From Klebsiella phage KMI11, in sequence record MN101225.1: a DNA stretch of 64,000 nt; one strand, written 5' to 3'. The position numbers and the translations under genes are program-made. Within the stretch, counting starts at the first letter, position 1. Every line of letters starts with the position of its first letter. Of this stretch, positions 34,000-42,823 are shown one piece after another. A model generated the notes under the pieces. It saw nothing but the letters and a program-made list of their open reading frames with translations, had not been told where the DNA came from and did not search any database.

Positions 34000-34634
34000 A
34001 AAACTTCTCCGATGGTAGTCTGGGATTTGTACCGGCCTGATTCGTATTCGCTGTCAGGTGCTTTTTCCATTTCTCGTATAATATCAGAAAGAAATGCCTC
34101 AATATCGCTAGGATTGATAATGTTTATTTGGCGCAGTTTTTCATTTTCTATGATAGAGTCTTCATAAATGTCAACACCCGCCAAAGCACCAGTATATTGA
34201 GGATACTGATGATTAAAGTCCCCTTTATCATACCAAACACCTGAATTTTCAGGATATTGCTCGAGATTGTAATAGCGATTGCCGTACGCATCCACGTGAT
34301 AGAGTATTTGGTCTCCACCTACATCTGCATATTTTTGCTGCGCAAATTGATAACATGCGTCTTGTGTTTTAATCCAATCTCTGAATGGGTCATATACATT
34401 ATTACACATTAAAAGAATCCAGTACAGCTGACTATTTCCATAAAGAATATACGCTAATTCTTCTGGTCTAGGAGCTCCACTTATGTAATATGTTTGTAAA
34501 AGATAGTTTTCTGCTACAGTGTCGAAGTATTTGCGGTAGTTGCGAAATATATCAGCGGTTGGGATAGCTTTTGCCTTAGCACCTTTTACGGTCTTTGCAG
34601 AATAATCTATCGGACTAAAAAATGAGAAGAGCAT
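33996..34634 (-). CDS. 53: baseplate wedge protein gp53
   Basis: Close to T4 gp53: PRPEELA...NSQLYWILLMCNNVYDP and YPQYTGALAGVDIYED. Confidence 0.85.
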   Translation of the reverse strand: MLFSFFSPIDYSAKTVKGAKAKAIPTADIFRNYRKYFDTVAENYLLQTYYISGAPRPEELAYILYGNSQLYWILLMCNNVYDPFRDWIKTQDACYQFAQQKYADVGGDQILYHVDAYGNRYYNLEQYPENSGVWYDKGDFNHQYPQYTGALAGVDIYEDSIIENEKLRQINIINPSDIEAFLSDIIREMEKAPDSEYESGRYKSQTTIGEVL

Positions 34635-34646
34635 AGTTTATCCTCT

Positions 34647-34654
34647 TATAAATA
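34647..34654 (+). promoter_or_regulatory. late promoter TATAAATA for gene 4
   Basis: TATAAATA 30 nt upstream of the gene 4 ATG. Confidence 0.55.
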
Positions 34655-34664
34655 TTAATAACAG

Positions 34665-34672
34665 TATTTATA
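34665..34672 (-). promoter_or_regulatory. late promoter TATAAATA for gene 53 on the minus strand
   Basis: TATTTATA on the plus strand, 31 nt upstream of the gene 53 start. The two divergent late promoters cross one another. Confidence 0.55.
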
Positions 34673-34683
34673 AGGAGGCCACT

Positions 34684-35133
34684 ATGGCATATTCCGGCAA
34701 ATTCATGCCGCAGAATCTCCACAAATATAAAGGCGACTTCAGAAAGATTACTTATCGTTCTACGTGGGAACAGTACATGATGAGATGGTTAGATAACCAT
34801 CCTGATGTAGTTCAATGGAATTCGGAGGAGGTCGTAATACCTTACTTCAGCAATGCTGATGGAAAGAAACGCAGATATTTCATGGATTTCTGGGCTAAGT
34901 TTTCTAATGGTCAACAGTTCTTTTTTGAAGTTAAGCCGAAGAAAGAAACTAGACCTCCGGTCAAACCCACAAAGTTGACGACATCAGCGAAGAAACGGTA
35001 CATTGATGAAATTTACACTTGGTCTGTAAACGTTGATAAGTGGAAAGCAGCTCAAGCTACCGCCAACAAAATGGGTATAGAATTTAGGTTAATTACTGAA
35101 GATTCACTTAAAAAATTAGGATGGAAAGGCTGA
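34684..35133 (+). CDS. 4: head completion protein gp4
   Basis: MAYSGK..KITYRS.WE...[11 protein letters not shown]...PKKET match T4 gp4. 149 aa versus 150. Confidence 0.85.
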   Translation: MAYSGKFMPQNLHKYKGDFRKITYRSTWEQYMMRWLDNHPDVVQWNSEEVVIPYFSNADGKKRRYFMDFWAKFSNGQQFFFEVKPKKETRPPVKPTKLTTSAKKRYIDEIYTWSVNVDKWKAAQATANKMGIEFRLITEDSLKKLGWKG

Positions 35134-35960
35134 TGGCTATATTTGAATTTATCACTGAAGCTGCAGAATCGCCTAAAGCTAAATCCCGTAGTGAAAATCA
35201 ATGGGTAGCATTAGGAGTTGAATACTCTGCTGCTCGTAAAAAAGGCATGACATCAAAATCATTTGCTGAAAGTAAAGGAATAAATCCTGCTACGTTTAGT
35301 AAAGCAATGGCTCGTCATGCGTCAAGAATTAAAACGGCAATTAAAGTAGCAGAAATTGAGAAAAAACCTGCTAATAAAATGACCAAGAAAGAGCGCGCTC
35401 TTGTGATGGTAAATTCATTTCGTAGTTCTATCAAAGATAAAATTCGTAATGAAGGCGCAGCAGTAAACAATAAATCTGCAAAATGGTTTGCTGAAACCAT
35501 GAAGAAAAACATCAGAGGTCATTCTGTAACCAAGCCTCAACCTGGAAAGCTATATGCTTACATGTATGATGCTAAACATAAAGACACTCTTCCATTCTGG
35601 GATAAATTTCCTTTGATAGTTTATCTCGGTCTAGGAAAGCAAGGTACAACCACACTGATGTATGGGTTAAACCTTCACTACATTCCGCCAAAGGCTCGTC
35701 AGCAGTTTTTAGAAGAACTTCTGAAACAGTATGCTAATACTCCAGTGATATCTAATAAGACCAGGTTAAAGATAAACTGGAGCCAAGTTAAAGGATTCGC
35801 TGGTGCTGATAAAATGATTAAAGCGTATATTCCTGGTAATATAAAGGGTGCTTTAATCGAGATAAAACCAGCTGATTGGGCAAATGTAGTCATGCTACCA
35901 ACTCAGCAGTTTATGTCGAAAGGCAAACGTTATTCTGCTACTTCTGTATGGAAATCATAA
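35133..35960 (+). CDS. 2: DNA end protector protein gp2
   Basis: About 275 aa. ATGA overlap with the gene 4 stop and a GGAAAGG RBS. The ORF track also offers an alternative start at 35121. Confidence 0.8.
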   Translation: MAIFEFITEAAESPKAKSRSENQWVALGVEYSAARKKGMTSKSFAESKGINPATFSKAMARHASRIKTAIKVAEIEKKPANKMTKKERALVMVNSFRSSIKDKIRNEGAAVNNKSAKWFAETMKKNIRGHSVTKPQPGKLYAYMYDAKHKDTLPFWDKFPLIVYLGLGKQGTTTLMYGLNLHYIPPKARQQFLEELLKQYANTPVISNKTRLKINWSQVKGFAGADKMIKAYIPGNIKGALIEIKPADWANVVMLPTQQFMSKGKRYSATSVWKS

Positions 35961-36562
35961 TGTCTACTGGACTGTTTAATCAAACTAACACAACTAACTT
36001 TATACTAGAGGTCCCCGATGGGGGCCTCACTCAGGCCTTTAAGGCTAATCTTCAAACGGCGGTAGTTCCTGGAATTCATATTCCTGCTACTGATACTGTG
36101 GGTTCTCCACAAGGCATGCACCGTGCTAAATTGCCTGGGTCTACTTTTGAGTTTGACGCTGTTCCTGTTAGATTTTTAGTAGATGAAAATCTTGATTCAT
36201 GGGTACAAATGTACAAATGGATGTTAAGCTGTCAAAACTACATTGACCGAGACAAGTCTGGATGGAATAACGGCGGTGAAGGATTTCCTGGTGCAGTTTT
36301 AATGCATGTTCTTGATAACGATAAACATGATATAGTATTAACTGTCCGCTACATCGGGGGTTGGGTGAGTGATTTGTCAGAAATTGAGTATTCTTTAACT
36401 GAAGAATCTGACCCTGCCATGGTATGTGTAGCAACTTTGCAGTACAAATACATTGAAGTTGAAAAAGATGGTATAATAATTACTGGTAGACCTTCTGTCA
36501 ATGATACTCGTGAATCTCAGTATCAGCAAAAGGTCATGGGAATGCATCCTTCTATGAGGTAA
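35960..36562 (+). CDS. 3: tail completion / sheath stabiliser gp3
   Basis: The in-frame ATG ([10 protein letters not shown]...) overlaps the gene 2 stop (TAATG). The longer listed ORF start lies inside gene 2. Position is that of T4 gene 3. Confidence 0.65.
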   Translation: MSTGLFNQTNTTNFILEVPDGGLTQAFKANLQTAVVPGIHIPATDTVGSPQGMHRAKLPGSTFEFDAVPVRFLVDENLDSWVQMYKWMLSCQNYIDRDKSGWNNGGEGFPGAVLMHVLDNDKHDIVLTVRYIGGWVSDLSEIEYSLTEESDPAMVCVATLQYKYIEVEKDGIIITGRPSVNDTRESQYQQKVMGMHPSMR

Positions 36563-36566
36563 TAAT

Positions 36567-37300
36567 TTGAAGCTTTTATTTTTGATTGGTAAAAAACGCA
36601 GTGGCAAAGACACTACTGCTGATTACATTATGGATAACTACAATGCAACAAAGCATCAGTTAGCGGGTCCAATTAAAGATGCGTTGGCTGATGCAATGCT
36701 TACTGAGTGGTATCGCGATACGTCTCGTGAGTTTCCGCGCATTACTCGGTCAATGATTGAAGGTATTGATTACGATCGTGAGCAGGATTTAAATCTGTCT
36801 ACTAAAGACGTGATTCGTATTATGGCGAATGCTATTGAATATGTCCATCATGATTTGCCTTTACCTGGGGTGGTTTATGATAGCAAGCGTAAAATTCTTG
36901 ACGGCGATACGATGGAAGTCATCCGTCAAGTTGTAATAAATAAACCTGTTGAGCCATGGTCAATTCGTCGTCTCATGCAGACCCTTGGGACTGACATTGT
37001 CTGTGATAAGCTCGATCGCATGTATTGGGTAAAACGATTTACTTTGGTTATGGCTGATACTTTTGGTGATTATGATTATTTCATTGTCCCAGATACTCGT
37101 CAAGACCATGAACTTGATGTAGCCAGGGCGATGGGTGCTACAGTTATTCATGTAGTTCGTCCTGAGCAAGAAGGTTCTAAAAAAGATACTCACGTCACAG
37201 AGCGTGGACTTCCGATTCGCGAAGGCGATATCGTAATAACTAACGACGGTTCTCTAGAAGAACTTTATTCAAAAATCAACACTATATTAGGAATTCAAAA

Positions 37301-37304
<4 letters not shown>
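36567..37304 (+). CDS. 1: dNMP kinase gp1
   Basis: P-loop GKKRSGKDTTAD and VPDTRQDHE..ARAMGATVIHVVRP are near-identical to T4 gp1. Confidence 0.9.
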
Positions 37305-37992
<688 letters not shown>

Positions 37993-38004
37993 GAATTTAT
38001 TTCA

Positions 38005-38042
38005 CAAAGTTGTTTACAACGGGTTGTAGTAGTGATACTATA
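38005..38042 (+). promoter_or_regulatory. T4-type early promoter (AAAGTTGTTTACA-N18-TACTAT)
   Basis: -35 GTTTAC at 38012-38017 and -10 TACTAT at 38036-38041, with an A-rich upstream element. Confidence 0.55.
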
Positions 38043-38614
38043 ACCCTATCAACTTGAGGAGAATAAAATGAAACGTTGTGAATTAATTAGAAATGTTGCA
38101 TCAACTATCTGCATGGGAGCGTTAGGTTTTGGCATTATAGGTGCAGCCTTTATGTCTCTTCCTGAAACAGTATCAGTGTTAAGTGTTGCATTTCTAATGG
38201 GTATCATTTCTTTCATAATGGATAAAATAGCACATGAAAAAGATTAAGCAGTGGTTCATCAAAAACTATGATTTAAACCGTGAAGAAGTAACTAAGTATG
38301 ATTATGTTACTTTGGGTGTAGGACTAGGTGCACTACTGGCAGCATTGCATTCATCACTACTTGCCATTGCAGTGCTTCTTATTTTGGCTCACTACAGCTG
38401 GAAACGTAAGTAATGTACGCACTTTTAACTTGGTCTAATTATTATCCTGCTCCTGGCTCTGACCAAATCAGAGGTGTATACTCTACGGTAGAAGAATGCT
38501 ATGAAGCACTCCAGGGAACGTATCAAGACTATTTTGAGATACTGAATTCTCGGTTTGAGACCGTTGCTAAAGGTTCAACTGAAGCATACAAAGATTAATT
38601 GTGAGGAAATTGTG

Positions 38615-38965
38615 ATGAATATCAGAGCTGCGTTTAATACTTTCTATCAAGAGAATTATAAGCTTCTTGCCCATGAATACCATGATGCACAAGGCGTTCC
38701 AATTCCTAATGATTTAGTTACGCCTAAGCATGTCAAAACCGATTCTCTTGACAATGAAATCCAGCCTGGTGATTTGGTATCATACTATTGCGGCGGGTCA
38801 CTTTCTGCAGCAAGCGTTGGTATTTTGCTAGGATTTACTCCTAAAGGTTATCGTGTGGTTCCTTTCCATACAAGTCCAATTCCTGAGCACCGGGTATTGC
38901 TCTCTCATATGGATTCACCACATAGGGTATTCCTGGTTAAATCAAAGAGCTCACCGATTGTGTAA
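38615..38965 (+). CDS. hypothetical protein
   Basis: ORF with a GAGGAAATTGTGATG RBS; small membrane-protein ORFs (under 60 aa) precede it. Confidence 0.4.
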   Translation: MNIRAAFNTFYQENYKLLAHEYHDAQGVPIPNDLVTPKHVKTDSLDNEIQPGDLVSYYCGGSLSAASVGILLGFTPKGYRVVPFHTSPIPEHRVLLSHMDSPHRVFLVKSKSSPIV

Positions 38966-39027
38966 TATGCTTTAGGTTTTCTTTGTTATTATTAATCTAT
39001 CAACTGCTCTGATTAATTTCAGGGCAG

Positions 39028-39035
39028 TATAAATA
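39028..39035 (+). promoter_or_regulatory. late-type TATAAATA promoter upstream of the tRNA cluster
   Basis: TATAAATA 13 nt upstream of the first tRNA. Confidence 0.4.
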
Positions 39036-39047
39036 AAATTACCCATT

Positions 39048-39134
39048 GGGGAGTTAGACCGTAGGGGTAGCGGGACAGACTGTAAATCTGTTGCTCAAAA
39101 GGCTCGAGTGGTTCGACTCCATTACTCCCCACCA
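39048..39134 (+). tRNA. tRNA-Tyr (anticodon GUA), type II with a long variable arm
   Basis: Hand-folded cloverleaf: 7-bp acceptor GGGGAGT/ACTCCCC, anticodon loop CUGUAAA, long variable arm, T-arm GGTTCGACTCC, 3' ACCA. Confidence 0.75.
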
Positions 39135-39140
39135 AATTTA

Positions 39141-39217
39141 GGGATACTAGCTCAGTTGGTTAGAGCACCGGACTTTTAATCCGGGTGTCCGAAGTTCGAG
39201 TCTTCGGTGTCCCACCA
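39141..39217 (+). tRNA. tRNA-Lys (UUU)
   Basis: Canonical cloverleaf with anticodon loop CUUUUAA and T-loop TTCGAGT, ending CCA. Confidence 0.8.
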
Positions 39218-39222
39218 AATTC

Positions 39223-39307
39223 GGGTCGTTGGCTGAGAGGGTAAGCGACGGACTGTTAATCCGTGTCAGAAATGACTAGGCAGGTTCGATACCTGCACGG
39301 CCCGCCA
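39223..39307 (+). tRNA. type-II (long variable arm) tRNA with anticodon GUU (Asn codons); identity uncertain
   Basis: Acceptor GGGTCGT/ACGGCCC, anticodon stem ACGGA/TCCGT, loop CUGUUAA, 15-nt variable hairpin, T-arm GCAGGTTCGATACCTGC, ending CCA. Confidence 0.55.
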
Positions 39308-39429
39308 AATGAAGAAGTCAGAAGACGTTCTGATAAAATCGTCGGCACAGAAATCCCTGGCATGGCGTTTGTATTAAGGAGTATGATTTCATCCTGCTTA
39401 ATGCTTGTTCATGTTATAATTTCTTACGG

Positions 39430-39550
39430 CGTTGAAAGTTCGCTTTCAGGGATACATCTTAGAGCAGAGTGTTAAACAAGATTCATCTGGTACCAAGGTG
39501 ATGAGAGCCCTGTTCCCCTTTGCTTCGGCATCGTGCCAGAGTATCTCTGA
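39430..39550 (+). ncRNA. candidate structured small RNA between tRNAs (analogous to the T4 RNA C / RNA D slot)
   Basis: Local hairpin TGAAAG-TTCG-CTTTCA. Long-range complementarity between 39436-39458 (GAAAGTTCGCTTTCAGGGATAC) and 39527-39546 (GTATCTCTGAAAGCGAA). No plausible ORF. Confidence 0.35.
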
Positions 39551-39561
39551 AAGCGAATTAT

Positions 39562-39638
39562 GGACCTATAGTTTAGTTGGTTAAAATACTCCCCTGTCAC
39601 GGGAGAGAGCACGGGTTCGATCCCCGTTAGGTCCGCCA
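39562..39638 (+). tRNA. tRNA-Asp (GUC)
   Basis: Acceptor GGACCTA/TAGGTCC, anticodon loop CUGUCAC, T-loop TTCGATC, ending CCA. Confidence 0.8.
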
Positions 39639-39800
39639 AATAAGAACGTGGCAGTTCTTGAAGATGAGTTTGAGTCCTATAAGATAATGCCGAGGACGAA
39701 GCTGTTTGTTCCCACGGAATAAGCTCTATATTCGTAAGATTATATCTTTAGCGTGTTCTACATCAAGCTACTTGTTAGTACTTCAAGAACCCGGATAAAT

Positions 39801-39876
39801 GCGGAGTAACTTCAGTTGGTAGAATGTTGGGCTCATATCCCGACACGCGCAGGTTCGAGTCCTGCCTCCGCCTCCA
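39801..39876 (+). tRNA. tRNA-Met (CAU) or Ile-lysidine type
   Basis: D-arm TTCAGTTGGTAGAA, anticodon loop CUCAUAU, T-arm GCAGGTTCGAGTCCTGC. The acceptor pairing is imperfect at the base, so the 3' end is uncertain. Confidence 0.6.
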
Positions 39877-39881
39877 ACAAT

Positions 39882-39956
39882 TGGACTATAGACAAGCGGT
39901 TAAGTCACCGGCCTTTGACTCCGGTATCTCTGGTTCGAATCCAGATAGTCCAGCCA
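39882..39956 (+). tRNA. tRNA-Gln (UUG) with a U1-A72 pair
   Basis: Acceptor TGGACTA/TAGTCCA, anticodon loop CUUUGAC, T-loop TTCGAAT, GCCA end. A 5' U is what I recall for T4 tRNA-Gln. Confidence 0.75.
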
Positions 39957-40052
39957 AATTAATATTCATTCAACGCGTCTACAGGGGTTGAACTGATCAT
40001 TCTTCTCTTAATTTCGTATGAAGTCCTCATGATGGATGGAGTGAATATTGAT

Positions 40053-40128
40053 GTGGCCGTAGTTCAGTTGGTAGAACTCAGCATTGTGATTGCTGTCGTC
40101 GACGGTTCAAATCCGTCCGGTCACCCCA
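40053..40128 (+). tRNA. tRNA-His (GUG)
   Basis: Anticodon stem CAGCA/TGCTG, loop UUGUGAU, T-arm GACGGTTCAAATCCGTC, ending CCA. Confidence 0.75.
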
Positions 40129-40224
40129 ACAATGAAGGAATGGTGGAAAAATACACGGCCCGCAAAACGCTGTGGCTGTCGCTAAGCGAATTGTGTCTAT
40201 ATGACACTTCCTTCACCAAATACT

Positions 40225-40309
40225 GGAGAGTAGCGCTAGTGGTAGCAAACCGGACTTGAAATCCGGGCCATCGGAAACGGTGAGGGTTCAACTCCTTTAC
40301 TCTCCGCCA
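40225..40309 (+). tRNA. tRNA-Ser (UGA), type II
   Basis: Acceptor GGAGAGT/ACTCTCC, anticodon loop CUUGAAA, long variable arm, T-loop TTCAACT, GCCA. Confidence 0.8.
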
Positions 40310-40375
40310 AATTTATGAAAGTTAAACGCTGCCCATAGCAGTGGTACATCAACAATTAGATGATTAGCTTTCCAT

Positions 40376-40451
40376 GGGAGTATAGCTCATTTGGTAGAGC
40401 TCTCGACCGATAATCGAGCGGTGACTGGTTCGAGTCCAGTTACTCCCACCA
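40376..40451 (+). tRNA. tRNA-Ile (GAU)
   Basis: Acceptor GGGAGTA/TACTCCC, anticodon loop CCGAUAA, T-loop TTCGAGT, ACCA. Confidence 0.8.
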
Positions 40452-40457
40452 AATAAC

Positions 40458-40532
40458 AGGTTCTTAGTATAACGGCTATTATGCTGGGCTCCAAACCCAG
40501 TGATGAGGGTTCGATTCCTTCAGGGCCTGCCA
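40458..40532 (+). tRNA. tRNA-Trp (CCA)
   Basis: Acceptor AGGTTCT/AGGGCCT, anticodon stem CTGGG/CCCAG, loop CUCCAAA, T-loop TTCGATT, GCCA. Confidence 0.7.
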
Positions 40533-40537
40533 AATTT

Positions 40538-40612
40538 GCATCCATCGTATAACGGCTATTATAGGTGACTTCCACTCACTTGATAAGGGTTCGATTCCCT
40601 TTGGATGCTCCA
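40538..40612 (+). tRNA. tRNA-Gly (UCC)
   Basis: Acceptor GCATCCA/TGGATGC, anticodon loop CUUCCAC, T-loop TTCGATT, TCCA. Confidence 0.8.
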
Positions 40613-40617
40613 AATTA

Positions 40618-40694
40618 CTCCGTATAGCTCAGTCTGGTAGAGCGTTCCATTTGGGATGGAAAGGTCGAATGTTCGAGTCATTCTATGGAGACCA
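40618..40694 (+). tRNA. tRNA-Pro (UGG)
   Basis: Acceptor CTCCGTA/TATGGAG, anticodon stem TTCCA/TGGAA, loop UUUGGGA, T-arm GAATGTTCGAGTCATTC, ACCA. Confidence 0.8.
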
Positions 40695-40700
40695 AATTAA

Positions 40701-40844
40701 CGGTATGACACAATACAAGATGGCGTAAGCTGAGTAGCGGGATTGCAGTCTCGTTCAGATATGCTATCGAGTATGGGTGATATATTAAACACATGGATTC
40801 TGCAAAGTCCATGTGACTCGGTTCGAGGCCGGGCATACCGTCCA
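40701..40844 (+). ncRNA. tRNA-like stable RNA of ~144 nt: acceptor stem plus T-arm plus CCA, with an internal insertion of ~70 nt
   Basis: 5' CGGTATG pairs perfectly with 3' CATACCG, followed by T and CCA. T-arm CTCGG-TTCGAGG-CCGGG. Internal hairpin CATGGA-N10-TCCATG. There is no standard D or anticodon arm. Confidence 0.45.
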
Positions 40845-41018
40845 ATCACTTGCCATTGAGAAATATATTATGAAATATTACGGCTTCAAAACATCCCATT
40901 TCGGGAAAGCATATCGTACAGAAAACATTGATAGACGTCGAGCATATTACGAATCACTGCATAAAGCAGGACGTTCTCGTGCACGACAAGAAGGCCAAAA
41001 ACAAGCGAAGGAAATAGA

Positions 41019-41384
41019 ATGAATATTTTTATTGGTGTTGCAAATAACGTAAATGCTATTACGGTGAAATTACAATGGAATCGTCCAACTAATTTTGCTT
41101 TAGGATTATGTAAATCTGAACGTGATTTAATGCTTCATGCTGATTTTGCATACACTTTTGATGAACGCAAAGGTATGTGGGTCTGGATTAAATGCAGATA
41201 CGAAGCATTAATCAAATATGAGTACTTCAGTGAGCGTGATATTCAAGAAGTTATTGCTTATCATTCTGGCTGTAAAGTAAGTAAACTGCGTCAAGTTATT
41301 CCGTTTACTAATGCTTCAAATGTAGAAGAGCTAATTACTGATTTTAAACGAATTTATCAGGCGAAATATGATGAAAGATTCTAA
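41019..41384 (+). CDS. hypothetical protein
   Basis: 121-aa ORF, ATGA-coupled to its neighbours. Confidence 0.45.
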   Translation: MNIFIGVANNVNAITVKLQWNRPTNFALGLCKSERDLMLHADFAYTFDERKGMWVWIKCRYEALIKYEYFSERDIQEVIAYHSGCKVSKLRQVIPFTNASNVEELITDFKRIYQAKYDERF

Positions 41385-41601
41385 AGGTCGAGACGTACAA
41401 GTTGGTGATATCGTTTTCTACGGAGAACGTACATATAATAAAGGTGGTCGTGGTTCTATGCGCTGCGGTCGTATTACAGATATTGCTTCAGGATTGGCTA
41501 AAGTAGATAACGACTACGTTGCAATGCGAAGCAAATCATTCGTTAAGGTTTCTCCTATGTTCGCAACAATGTGGGAAAACGGAACGATTTTCGAGATTTA
41601 A
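41368..41601 (+). CDS. hypothetical protein
   Basis: 77-aa ORF overlapping the upstream stop. Confidence 0.45.
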   Translation: MMKDSKGRDVQVGDIVFYGERTYNKGGRGSMRCGRITDIASGLAKVDNDYVAMRSKSFVKVSPMFATMWENGTIFEI

Positions 41602-41655
41602 TGCTACAAGAATAACCTGTTATTATTACTACATCAAAACAAACAAGGAAAAAGA

Positions 41656-41880
41656 ATGAAACGTATCGCACTGATTGTTGACCAAGAAGCTATGTTCGCT
41701 GCTACCGGTAAATTTCATCCGGTGAGTAAATTTGTTGCTCGCAGCGAGAAAATCGTTGGTCTGGTAGAAACTGTCGCAGGTGATGTAATTGTTTCTATTA
41801 AAACGTCTGAAATTTCTCCAGTAGTTAAAGTAGCAGTTGAAAATGACTTCTGGGAAGTAGCTGATTTTATGTGTGAGTAA
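41656..41880 (+). CDS. hypothetical protein
   Basis: 74-aa ORF with an AAGGAAAAAGAATG RBS, followed by a terminator. Confidence 0.5.
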   Translation: MKRIALIVDQEAMFAATGKFHPVSKFVARSEKIVGLVETVAGDVIVSIKTSEISPVVKVAVENDFWEVADFMCE

Positions 41881-41912
41881 TTCTGCCTAGCAGGTGGATA
41901 AGCCCGACAAGG

Positions 41913-41938
41913 CGCCCTCTTCGGAGGGCTTTTATAAA
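41913..41938 (+). terminator. rho-independent terminator
   Basis: GCCCTC-TTCG-GAGGGC hairpin followed by TTTTAT. Confidence 0.6.
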
Positions 41939-41958
41939 AGTCATAAGATTTCTATAAA

Positions 41959-42035
41959 GGCCCTGTAGCTCAATTGGTAGAGCGTTCCCCTCATAAGGGA
42001 TTGGTTGCATGTTCGAGTCTTTGCCAGGGTCACCA
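41959..42035 (+). tRNA. tRNA-Met-like (CAU) with a degenerate T-stem; possibly an elongator Met/Ile2 tRNA or a pseudo-tRNA
   Basis: Acceptor GGCCCTG/CAGGGTC, D-arm GCTCAATTGGTAGAGC, anticodon loop CUCAUAA, T-loop TTCGAGT. The T-stem pairs poorly. Confidence 0.45.
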
Positions 42036-42054
42036 AATTAATGAGGAAAATATT

Positions 42055-42255
42055 ATGATGCGATTAGTTAAAGTAGTTGTAGAAGAATCTGAATACATGG
42101 GCGATAGCCGAATGATTGAAGAATTCGTTACTGTTGAGGCAGATTCTGAATCTGAAATCGCTGATAAAGTTTATCGTCATTTTGATAATATGTCTGATTC
42201 GTATGGCACAATGTATAACATTTATCGTTTAGATGTAATAGTACATATCAACTGA
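42055..42255 (+). CDS. hypothetical protein
   Basis: MMRLVKV start with an AATGAGGAAAAT RBS. The longer listed ORF start falls inside the tRNA. Confidence 0.45.
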   Translation: MMRLVKVVVEESEYMGDSRMIEEFVTVEADSESEIADKVYRHFDNMSDSYGTMYNIYRLDVIVHIN

Positions 42256-42265
42256 GGAAATTGAA

Positions 42266-42823
42266 ATGCATATTAAATTTGGACAAGTTATTCCTAAAGG
42301 CTTAGCAATGGCAATTACCACTTGGGAAAACGATGCTGATCGGTATTCTACCCAAATGGTTTATGGCTTAGAAAAAGAAGAGATTAATCAAGTAATTCAC
42401 GTTCTTGAATGGTTCTCTTCTAATGGTCGGCGTGGTGAATACCTTGGAAATAATGATTACAACCATGAAGCAATTCTTGAAAAGCTTCATACTGAACAGA
42501 AGTATGTAACTCCTGAATTTTCCAAGAAATTCTTTGGCGTTGATGTTCCTGCATATGATTGTTCAGACGAAGAGTTTGATGCTTATTTAGATAACCACTA
42601 TTCTTGTTCAAATGAAGTTATGTATGCTATTCAGGCTTGGTTGGGTAATCCAATTGAATATGATTATGATTTCATGCGAGTATTTGAGAAAGTTGAAATC
42701 TTTGATATTAAAGAAGAAATTCGTATTCCTGATGCTCCGGTTGCATTCCATATTGGAATTACGTATAAGCAGAAAGAAAGCCCATTAAAAGTTGATTGGT
42801 TGAAATACGTGAAGGAAAAGTAA
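42266..42823 (+). CDS. hypothetical protein
   Basis: 185-aa ORF with a GAGGAAATTGAAATG RBS. Confidence 0.5.
   Translation: MHIKFGQVIPKGLAMAITTWENDADRYSTQMVYGLEKEEINQVIHVLEWFSSNGRRGEYLGNNDYNHEAILEKLHTEQKYVTPEFSKKFFGVDVPAYDCSDEEFDAYLDNHYSCSNEVMYAIQAWLGNPIEYDYDFMRVFEKVEIFDIKEEIRIPDAPVAFHIGITYKQKESPLKVDWLKYVKEK

Noticed and set aside
35876-35959. Longer N-terminal extension of the gene 3 ORF (start at 35876)
   Set aside because: It would overlap the 3' end of gene 2 by 84 nt in another frame. The ATG at 35960 overlaps the gene 2 stop in the typical T4 coupling arrangement.
39263-39475. 70-aa ORF inside the tRNA cluster
   Set aside because: It starts within the type-II tRNA and runs through the structured intergenic RNA. 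It has no RBS and is unlikely to be coding.
40029-40259. 76-aa plus ORF, and the minus ORF 40387-40575, overlapping tRNA-His, tRNA-Ser, tRNA-Ile and tRNA-Trp
   Set aside because: These are wholly explained by the tRNA genes; spurious.
40813-41022. 69-aa ORF starting inside the tRNA-like RNA at 40701-40844
   Set aside because: Its 5' part overlaps the tRNA-like element. A shorter version from the internal ATG at 40870 is possible but too small and weakly supported to call.
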